Positions 13,201-25,200 of a stretch of 64,000 nucleotides of DNA are shown piece by piece (position 1 is the stretch's first letter; every line of letters begins with the position of its first letter). The DNA comes from Bugula neritina (taxonomy: Eukaryota > Animalia > Bryozoa): contig OZ037767.1 in NCBI GenBank assembly GCA_964035545.1, positions 5,906,707 to 5,970,706 on the forward strand. The letters are read 5' to 3'. Both the position numbers and the translations under genes were made by a program. Below the pieces are notes generated by a model. It ran no database searches and was not told the origin of the DNA. It worked only from the letters and a program-made list of their open reading frames with translations.

Positions 13201-16200
13201 TTCTACAACAAATATAAAAAACAACTGTGTCAAAATAAGTGATAACTATTTTTTAAAACTTAATAATATGAATATCAAAAATTTAAACATTTAGTAACTT
13301 TTCAGTTTAAACCATCATCACAACACTATGTCCAATTTTCAAATTTACCACTCACCTTAAGTATATAAATGATCTAAATAATTCAGAGTGAAAAATCTTT
13401 TCAATATCAGATAACAGCAACTAACCTGGAGGCAGCCATTTGAGTAAAATACTTCTTCCGTTAGCCCGTGGCTCCGACTGTATTAGCCTGAGATTTGAAG
13501 GGGCGCTCTCACCAGTAGATAGTTCCACCCAACCACTGCTCACACTGCCAATTGAATTGTGGGCCGTCACTTTCACTTTGTACACAGTATAAGCAGTTAA
13601 CCCACTGATAGTAGTTTCTCTTTCACTGCCTGACACAGTGACGCTTCTTATTGGGAAGGTGAAGGTCGGCTCATCCGTCTGTGCTTGGTAACTGATGACA
13701 TACTCTGGAAAGGAAATACAATGATTACAACTCAAATGTAGTAATACATACAATTATCTATTACAAAGTCAAGAAAAATGAGTGAATTTGATAATTCCAT
13801 TTTCAGTAAATATTAAATGTTCATCCGAGCTGAAATTCATATTACAAATTAAGTTACTAAAAGTATATCAAAATGTAAAGTACAACTCAAATCCTCAAAT
13901 TATCTTCAAAATATAATATAACATAATATAAAGATAAATATAATAAAATATAAGATGAGTATAGAAAAATGTAATAATAATGCAATAAAATACATTAAAG
14001 CATATATGATACATTCTATAGAATTTGAGTTGAAGATTGAGTATTTGTTGTAGGAAAACTGTTTACAAACATGCAGGGTGCTGTAGAGGTTTTGGATACC
14101 ATTATTACTTATCTGTAACTATTTTAAGAAGCTAAATACCTTGCTGAGTCTATCTTATTTACATAATATAAACCAAGACATACTAGTAATAACTCCGTTG
14201 GGCTCTGTAGGAGGACTCCACGACACCCGGATACTATAAGCACCCAGTGGAATGACGTCGGGAGGAGATTGGCCAAAGGGAATTGCTTCTAGACTTGTGA
14301 TTTGTGCCCACTCGCTATTCTCCTCTCCCGCACTGTTCCGCACCACTACTTGATATTCAAACACCGTGTGTGCCGTTATACCTGTAGTGAATAGACATCA
14401 TGGTGACTAGAGTACACAAGCAGCATTAAATATGTTCAGAAGAGCTCTAAATAATGACATCACATGCTTAACACTACATTCCTGAATTTCTAATAAATAA
14501 CTTTATCCTGCTGCATGCAAAACTTCTACCATTCTTTCAGTTTGTTAAATTATCATAATCTTAATGTATTAGTTTGCAAAGCAGAGTGTATAAAAGGTCA
14601 ATTTATTATTTGAAAACAGCTGTTTTATTTTGCGAAGCACAGATTGAAAGAGAAAATAGAAAATTTTTAACATGAAAACTTTATAAATACACAACATATA
14701 TACACACCTGGGGAATCATCTATGAAGGTAAACGTTTCATTATCACCATCATGAACCATGGATGCGGTTGAAGGGCCTTCAGCAAGTCTTCTAAACACAG
14801 AATAGCCTGTAATCAGGCCATTAGGTAGTTGAGGACTACTCCAGCTCACATCTATAACCTCAGGTCCTAGGGCTACCAGCTGTGGAGGAGGTTGAATACT
14901 CGGGGCAGCTTCCATAGTAGTAACATATATAGCAGAACCTGTATAAAGTAACATATATAGCAGAACCTGTATAAAGTAACATATATAGAAGAACCTGTGT
15001 AAATAACATAAAACACGTATGAGTAAAACACTAGCCTGATTTCCTAAGAATAGCTTTCAGTGTAACAAAGTTTATTAACAAACAAAGCTAGTGACATTTA
15101 AAAACATTTGGTTGAAAACAAAAAGAACTAATGGCCACTTAGAAATTTCTTTACAAAAATCAAAAGTCTACATACAGTGACGCAGTTGCAACTTTGTGAA
15201 ATATTTAAAGCCAAAAAAATGGTTTCAATGAACAGCAAACAAATAACGCTGACTTAAACGCACCAGCAGCACAAGAATTCTCCACTTCTCTGAGACAAGC
15301 TCGAATCCTAACAGAGTAGCGGGTATACGGAGAAAGGGATGTTACGTTGTAGGACCTGAGACTAGCTGTCGCAGTACCGATGACCTCTGACCCAGCTTCA
15401 TCTCTCATAACAACCTAGGAAATACTCACAGAATAAACTATAAACAACCCCATATAATAACTGCATCGAGTTTTATGGCGAAGTCAAAATAAACTGCTAA
15501 ATGGTTTCGTCACTGTTTTACTTAAAAAAAACTGATTTTAGGACCCTATAAGTAAAGTTATCTTTATAAAACCAAGAATAAATTTATATAAAAATTAAGC
15601 ATCAAGTAGGTGTACTAAATCTATTTAATCTAACGAATAGAAAATTCTGTACCAACAAATGTACCTGATACTGATCAATAACACCCCCGGGATTTGAGGG
15701 GGCGTCCCACTCAACATAGACAGTAAAGGGGCTAAGAGCCTTAGCTAAGGTCGGCTGAGTCAAACCTCTAGGAGTTACTAAAGGTAAGTTCACAGAGTGT
15801 ATGGAGCCGAAGGAGGAACCAGCACCATTTATCACCTGAAACAGTTTGTGACACAATGAGTCTAAAATCACAGGTGTGTTGCCATTATACGCTGAACAAA
15901 ACGCAAGACTTATGAAATCAAATCATATAAGCATAAAAAACTTACATTAGGCTACTCTGTTAGTCAGAAAATGTTGTTCTGGTTTGAAAGTAATTTCACA
16001 CTTTACACAACACCTGGGTTCAGGATTATCATGTTCACAGTAAAGTAGTAATTAATCAACCAGAATTAAAAACTACTAAAAGCCAATTATCAAAATGATT
16101 ACAGCAATGCCCTATCAAACTCTTGTATTGTGTTACTAGCTTATAATGCCTAACTTACCACCATCTTGTATAGCTCCATCTAGTGGTGATAAGCACCAGT

Positions 16201-19200
16201 TACCGTAATTAAATGTTGAGTCATAGTATATCAGTTTACACTCACTATTGACTTTACAATAACAACTGCCATTAATCAAATATATTGATTGAATTATTCT
16301 TATTAGCTATTAAGCAGGTAACCTACCTCTATTTGGTATTGATAGATAACACCAGGAGTGAGAGATGAGTCATAATGACTCAGCTGCAGTCCACTGTACA
16401 CTACACTCCAGCTACTAGCTAAGGAGTTTATTAATTCACGTCTGCTGAGGATATACTCATCTATCTCCCCATTAGGTTGGGCAGGTAGAGACCAAGATAC
16501 CTCTAATTCAGAGTTGGAAAGTACAACAGTTCTCAGATCAGATAAACCTGTAGGGTATTGATACAAATATTGATAATACATCATAATGTTTCTTTTCAAA
16601 GTCAATATTGAATACAACTATAAATCTATTTAAATCTTAACTAATGCATTGCTAAATCATTATTCGCTGATAACTTGAATTGTTTAATAGTATATCAAAA
16701 TATAATAGAAAAAGTACATAAAAATACAATAAAACAATAATTTTGTCAACCATTTTCATAACAACCATTAAAATTGCAAACAATTCATGAACATATTCTA
16801 ACTTACTTCATTAAAATAAAAACCCATAGTAAATCACTAGGTAATGAAACCTTAAGTGTTGAGTGCAAACGAATGAATTCAACAAAAATAAGAAACTTAC
16901 TAAAGCTTTAAGTGAAAAATAATGGAAAAAAGTTTCAATATTTACAATAGCGTCATAATTCCCTGACAATACCTTCAGGTACTGCTTCTAAAGTTGTCAC
17001 TACAACTTCTGTGCTGTTTGTACAGGCGGCCTCGGTGCATGCTTCCAGGATATACGTCTGCTCTGTGAAAGGTTTTAGACCTGCAATAAGCTACCACATG
17101 TAAAAACCTACCATTCAAAGCTATCAGCAGCTGCCAAAAGTTGAAATCTTAAAATTCTTTAAATTGCAAGATACGTAAATACCATAACATCTGTAACTAA
17201 CCTTCAATAAGCAAATGAGTAACCCCTTCTTCATCCACCACTGTAGCAGACAACTGCCTAGTGTTATACACAACGTATCTGTGAATAATACCATTGGGTG
17301 CAGAAGGCGGTACCCAGTCCAACACAACAGTGGTGGAGTTCACAAAGCTCACACTAGGGGGAGTAACTCCCTGGGGAGGAGCTTGCTGAGTGGCAGCATC
17401 AACCTGCATGTACAAAGTCACCCAAACTAAAATTGCTAATTCACACAAACAAAGGGAATGAACTGTTTCTTTCAACATAAAATCATATTGACAACATAGC
17501 CTTAGGACTTTCTAATGTAGTGTCGTAGAGGACCGAACGTGGCCTGTGAACCCCTTATCCACTGCACAACAGGAAGAGACCAGTGGTACTTTACCCAACA
17601 CCAGGTGGTTTAATGCCATTACAGTTGATATATCAGTACAAATACTAGAAGGTGATGCAGTCTAAAGCAGACTTACAGAAATAGAGTCTACACATCCCAC
17701 CACGGTGCACGCAGTTAGCGTGTACGAGTACATCTGGAATGGTTGGATCCCATCGTCATCAACATATGTAAATGACGGGCCTGAAACCAACATAAAATGT
17801 GTTATATAGAATATTAGTATACACTGTACCACATAGTATACACTGTATGATATAGTATACACTGTATTATATAGTATACACTGCATTATATAGTATACAC
17901 TGTATTATATAGTATACACTGTATTATATAGTATACACTGTATTATATATTATACACTGTATTATATAGAATACACTGTATTATATAGAGTAATATATGT
18001 TCATAACAATTCTTACATGATGCTTAGAGTTACATTCTCAAAACTATAGAACTACAAAACAAATTGCAAAAATAAAACCAACACATATGATGCAAATAAC
18101 GTGTAAACAGAGGATCTGAAGCTATTTTACTGTCTTATCTAATCACAAAAACTAATGAAAAAACTACAAGAATTAGTTATACAAGAGTACAGTGTTCATT
18201 TCTCTTTACTGTATTAATCACTTTCAGCTGACTCAGCACCAGGTTATGACGTCTGCGCCTACCCAGTCTCTCTCGGTGCAGACGTCATGACTCACCTCTG
18301 AATATCTCCACTGGTTGACCACCACCAGTACTCCTCTGCAGTGAGTACTTCACAATCACTCCATTAGGGTGTGTAGGGGCAGACCACTCCAACGTTATCA
18401 TGTACAGTTGACCTTCACCTATTATAACAGTAGGCGGAGCCAGTCTAGCAGGCGTTGATTGGGCTGTTTTTATTGGTTGGTAATCTGTAGACTGAGTGCC
18501 AGCTTTGTTGGTAACAGAAAGGGTGTATTCATAGGTCGACCACGGATTCAAGTTAGTATCTGAAAACAGTCATAAAGATATTCCCAAGCATTAAAAAAGA
18601 AAAGAGCAACAGAGTTTCAGAATTTAAATTTTAGTAATTGAGATTCATACAGTAAATGCACACAAAATGGCAATATAAACTTATAAGTTGAACTACTGAA
18701 ATGCGCCAAGTTCTGCGTGCACTCAATTCTAACCAGTGTAGAGCCATAAACATTAACAAGTTAAATTGTCTCATCAAAATAAGAATTGCCAAAAATGACT
18801 TCAAAAAAATAAAAGTAAAATAAAGTGTTTAAACAGCTACAGCATAAGAGACAATTTTGTAAAAAAGCCGTCATTTCAAATTTAAAACTAGTTTACTTTT
18901 TTAGATTATAATAATCATAGTTGTAATAGAATTAAAATATTATTGCTATGGTATAGTTCTTTCAACTGTTACTAATGTTTACACATTATGTACATGTTCT
19001 ATGGCATTATTGCATACGGACTGTGTCTTATAAAACGTACATATGAAGAATAGACTATATAATATACATATATTACAAGGCATATCATGCAAAGACTAAC
19101 CAGTGTGAGTTAGTAGAAGCCCTGAGTATACAAGAACAGGTTCAGTATGACAAACAGTCTCCTCATCAGTTAGAGTAGAGTCATCCGCTCCTGTATTTGT

Positions 19201-22200
19201 TACAAGTATTCCAGTACAAGATCTTGTAGAGTCAAAATCACACTCATCACATCGAGCATTAGAACCTGCACAGAAGAGATTATGAGGAGTCAAAGTGATT
19301 AATAATAATGAGTCAAAGTGATTAATCATAATGATTCATAGAAGTTTTGACGTAATAACAGTGAGCTAGGCTAACAATTACAAAACCAAGAGGGTGAGAC
19401 AAGGTACCAATCTCAATCACATTCTATATTACTAGCAATAAAAGTTAGAACCCGTGTGGCCCAAAAAATAGTTCATAAGACTATAGAAATATTTCTTTTC
19501 TCTTTATAAAAAGAGAACTTGAAAAGAAACTATCTTTTTATAGTGTCTGTGCATAATATATTAGATATAATCCCTTTGTTTACAACTACTTATAATAGAG
19601 GTGAGATGCTGTTGTGTACATAGAAAGCAACTAGGCCACACTAACCAATTCACTACAGTATAAACATGATGCTCACCTAGAGGGCATACATTTCCAGTTC
19701 CACATCCGCTAAGAGAATCTCCATAATCGGCACAGACCTCTAGAGCAGGATTATATCCCTTAGTATTACAGCAAGACTGTAAGCTACCAATTACCTCTAC
19801 ACCACAGCACTGCACATCTACAGCTTCCATCTCAGCAGCACTACTATAGACATGGGCCTACAGCATAAACAGTAAATAATTTAAAGAATCACACTTCATT
19901 TATGCAGTAGTAAAATATTGATATCTATCTTAACTATCATCTACAGACTGTTAGAAAGTTTTATGCTTTGAAATAATTTTGTTTTAAAATAAATTCCGCG
20001 CAAACATATCGTAAATTAATTCGGAATTTCTTAATCTCTTGCTGATGACATTTCCAGTCAGGTCTGAAGTCCGGGAATCACAAACCTAATGGCAAGTATT
20101 GCTAACTTTCATTGCATGCTACTCTTAGCTGCTGAAACACACAGTTTAATTTCTGAGCTGGCTTAAAAGTAAAAATTTCTTACACCCAGCAGACCTCATG
20201 GCCTCTCAGTACATCATCACATTAACTAGTATGTACACGCTGTACTTCTAAGCTTCACATTATGCAAATTGATTTTTTACTCGATGTTTGAAAACAGTTA
20301 CAGCAAATGAGCCACAATCATAAGTTAATGCAAACTGCAACCACAAATTCATCTGTAAGAGCATCCATTCAAATAACACAGAGGTCACCCAATACATCGT
20401 CTGATAGGGACGTACTAGATGTATAGAAGTCTACCTTATATGTCTTTGTTGAGCTAACACAGCACACAGTTCTGTCAGAATGAGTATACTCGTGTCCACA
20501 GCAAGACTTGGCTACGTCTGCTTCATAGACACTTCCTGTTAGCTCGTCACCACAACACACAGCATTGTGGGAGGTCATGACCCCGCCACAACATTGTCGT
20601 TCAAATACATCGTGCAGCATGCCTACAGCACGAATACAACTTGACCATTACTTGTAAAGTAAATCACAAGTAAATATTAAAAATGATAATTTCACAACTA
20701 AATTTGTAAATCTCAGCAAATTATAAAATGTTGTTGAGATACACAAGACACATTTCAGACAAGGAAAGTCTTTGGTAATTAGTGAAGTTAGATAGACTGG
20801 TTGATAATGAAAATAATATTTGTTTCAAATATACAAATGTAACTTAGTATTAACACGAAGAAATAAAAATGTAACATGTATTAAATTATAGAATAAGATT
20901 ACTATCTAGTATCTATATTAGTTGATAGTGTTATACTAGCCATAACGATACACACCATTACAACACACTTGAGAGCCAGCTGATGAGTACGGAGTAAGTC
21001 CACAACACGAATCCCCATAACCTACTGTTACATAATTTCCTGTTGTGCAACAAATTTCACCTGGCAACACTTCAACGTATCTACAGAACAGCGTGAACAA
21101 GTAATTGAAGCTGTTCAATATAATAAAACGAGTGCATATAAGTTATCAGGGAAGGAGCAGTTGTGGTATGGTGGTCAAAATGTTGGCCTCGTAAGTGGTT
21201 CACGTTTAAAAGCACTGGTGGTGATGTTATGAAGAACATCCAGTCATAATTGCTCCTGTGTTATATATTAACAAGTCCTTAACCCGATCTAACAAAAAAC
21301 CCTTTCCATCAGGGGTTTGCACAGGGATAGTAACTATAAACTCGCATAAATTTTATATAAGTTATCAGGGAAAGGGGCATATCAAAACATGATATCTACA
21401 ACAAATTCACAGAGAGCAGTATAGAGATATATGCTGATATTTACCAACAGAATATACTCTGATAACACATGCATGGCTAGTCTGAGTAACTAGGCAGTCT
21501 CACCTGTCTCCACAACACTCATAATTATCCTGTCTGCTGTGAAAAGTTCCCCCGCAGCAGACATCATCTGCTGCATTTCTTCCAGCGATATACTCAGTTC
21601 CACAACACTCGTACCCTTGAATAGGGGCGTATACCACCCCGTCACAACACGCCCGTGCTCCACTGTAACAAGCATCTCCACATCTGGACTCCAGGGCACC
21701 ACACTGAATGTATGTACAGGTCTTCTTTGAATGTTTCAGAATATTTCTAAAGATTGCCAGAATAATTATTTTACAAAGGGTGGGAGAACAAGCAAGCGTA
21801 AACAGTTATATAATTGTGATAAATAAGAAACTAGATAGTAAATTAGCAAAGATTTTATTTTATAATAAAGTAATTAGCTACAGCAATATTAATAATGTTT
21901 GAAAGTTGATAACTAAACTCTATATAACTGTAAATTAACACAGGCTAAATTTACTTTATAACTTGATTGTTTACAACACTAAAAATAAGGCAATATAATA
22001 TATATTGTAAGTAATAAACTCTTATAAGTTTAATGCTGTCTGGCCACACGTGCCTGTTTGAGCAGTCCGTCACGTTCCGTCTATATAAACTGTATCTCAA
22101 TATGATTCCATTGGGTGACTCGGGGAGTGACCAGCCTATCTCTACTTCAGTGGCGGAGAGCACTTGGAGGCGAGGGAAGGCAAGCCCTTGTGGCTGGGCC

Positions 22201-25200
22201 TCAGCAGTCGTGCCTTTCACTACAGGACTTGTGATACACGCGTGAATCGTGCACACTTCCAGCTGTTAGAGAAAATCATTAAAACCAGAGTAGAGAAAAC
22301 ATATCAACTTCCACTAGCATTGCGATAAAGGAAAGGAATCTTCAAATAACTTTATCTCATGCTAGAATAACTTGTAAAACTTTTGAATTCATTTTTTAAA
22401 AAATCCATGTGATACAAACTGGTCCTGAAGCTGCAGAATCAAAAAGTCAAAAAGTTGATGCAAAACAGTGCATTAAAATATTTTTTCAAGGTCACAAAAT
22501 ATTCTGCATCAGCAGTTCTACAACTTACCCTGAACTGATAAACCGTGTAGGGAACGAGGTCATAGATAACGTGACTTCCCGGCAAAGTGGTATTGATCTC
22601 TTCAATACGACGTCCATCCATAAACACATTGTATGCAATGATGTCTCCGTTAGGCGTGAGTGGTGGAACCCAGGACACTCGAATTGCCGTATCACTTACG
22701 ACGAATAATTGTGGAGGTTGCACTCCCTGTGGAGCTACAATATTAAACTTATTATGTACAAACAGCTTACATATATTCTAGTATCAAAATTGAAGTTCTA
22801 AACTTAATTACATGACTGAGAGAAAAATTGCTCTAATTTCTTTTATATAGTGTTGTATTTGGTGATGGGTTTTACAACACTATGTTGCTACAAAAAAGAA
22901 ATAAAGAGCAATGTAGGTAAAGACATAAATATACTTGTATGATAAGGAAAGATAGCTAAAGACAACATTATAAACACTAATATGAGTCACTAGAGAATTT
23001 CAATAAAATAATTTAAAACTTTGCCAAATATACCAAATGTTTCATATATATTATTTTACAAATTGGTAACCATCTTCAGAGGTCAAGTGGTTACAGTACC
23101 AACCAAACATAAATCACCCAGCTTGTGACCTAAGACATGCTAGGTGCAGGTCACAGGTATGCTAGGTGCAGGTCACAGGTATGCAAGGTGTGGGTTAAAA
23201 CTCCCAGAAAGACTGCTGGTCATGACATAAAGAGTATTAAGCTAAAATTTCTTCTGTGTCACATCAGATCCCTTAAAGCCCTAAACTATGCTACCAACAT
23301 GGTGAGAGACGCAGTATTTACCCTTCCTAAGAAACTGAGGTTCTCACGTGTGATTTTCAGCTTTAAACAAATGAGAGTTCAAAACTTAGAATATACCCAA
23401 TAATACAAATGAAACGATATCTTACATTTTGAGTTCAAAATTAAACTACCTTAATTAGAGTTTGCAAGAAGAAGTTAACAATTATTAATAAGACTTCAAC
23501 TATAGCATAAGAAGCTAGTAGTACTTTAAAACATCAGTTCATATACCAGTTTCTCTCAACTTCAACACAATGTTCAACAAACTCAGTAGTAAGAAAACCA
23601 GCTATTAGCTTGTTAGTAGTAACAGAGAGGAAAGTTAGTAGATTGTACAGAAACAAGCATCACTCAAGAGTGGTAAATACTTAGTATGTAAAAACAGCTT
23701 TTAGCATCCAAGAATCTAAATCTAATCAAATAGCTGTATTGAAATTGAAAAATGATTGGTTAAAGATGTTATATAACTAAAAGGTCAGCACTAGGTATGT
23801 TACAACAGCAATTCAAACCGAGGCTAGTTAACTGGCTATGTTAAGGGAGCATTCAAAAGCTATCTATTTACCATTGATGTCTGCAGGTTTATAAAACAAT
23901 ACAAACAAATAATATCTAGAGGAAAATATCATAAAAAATGTTGACGCTTCAACAGTTGTCACCTTTAGTAGGTTATGATTTATTAAATCAAATTGCAAAG
24001 CCAGGTCAACATTATTAAATACTATCATATTATCTTGCATACATTTGGCAAACAACATTTTACCACACTACACCATTTTGCAAAATACAATAAACATAAA
24101 GATCATATAACAAATTCCGTATTTTCACCAAGGCATTGCTTGAGTATTCAACAGTGTTTAAAAATGATAGTTTAAACAGTGAATTGTGTAGATAGCTTCA
24201 TAGCATTGATATTGAAAAACCACACTTACCACCATCGGCTGTCCTGGCTGCTACAGGTCTGGTTGAGACGAATAGTCCACCATATGCATGTAATGTAAGT
24301 GTAAAAGTATAGTCGGTATTTGGAGTTAGCTCCTCTATTAAAGCACTAGTTGTATCTTTACCATAGGTGTATGTTGTATTAGAGACTAAGAGAGAGAACG
24401 ACTCCACTTCTCCTTGTAAAGTCACTACATCTGAATAAAATAAATCACATAAAACTTCACAAAACTTAATAGAGAATAAACGTGTTTTAAAATCGTTTTA
24501 GACTTTATAGCTCAGGTCCTGAGGCTGCGATAACTTCGACTAGCTTTACTGTGGGCCTACCAGGGATTGTCCAATCGGCTTGCAGCGCTGTATGTGAAAT
24601 GGTGATGACAGTCAGGACAGGTGCTTCGAATGGTTGACCGCCATGAGTGACAACAACAGAAGAGTTCTTGCTGGTTAAGAACCCATAATCATTGTGGACT
24701 GTGAGCCGGTAGATGTAGGAGGTGTACAGAGACAACCCCCTGTCTTCATGATAGAGTTGCGGCCCACTGTAAGCCTCCACCCAGACACCTATTGCAACTG
24801 GGGACACTACAAGCAATGCAAAGATATTAGGCAAAACTCTTATGATGTGTAAAGTCACAACTGCAAAAAATTAAATAATAAAATATAATTAAAAAGAACC
24901 ATTTAAAATAAGATGAAAATTGTAGTTAGTTGAAATAACGAAATATAACTTAATTTATACAGATGAATTATCATTCATTAGGAGCAGCCGTGGTCTAGGG
25001 ATTAGAGCGCTGGCCTAGTAAACCCGAGGTCATGGGTTCAATTCCCAGTAAAGACTATATTGGTGATGTTAGGAAGAGCATCTAGTCATAATTGTTCCTG
25101 TGCCTCATCTTAATAAGTTCTTAGTCCGATTTAACAAACACCATTTCTATCAGGGATTCTCACAGGAATAGTGACTATAAACTTGGGTGAGAGTTGAACT

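Noticed and set aside
24980-25052. tRNA gene
   Set aside because: Acceptor stem does not close and the sequence continues into a body shared with another copy; it is a SINE head.
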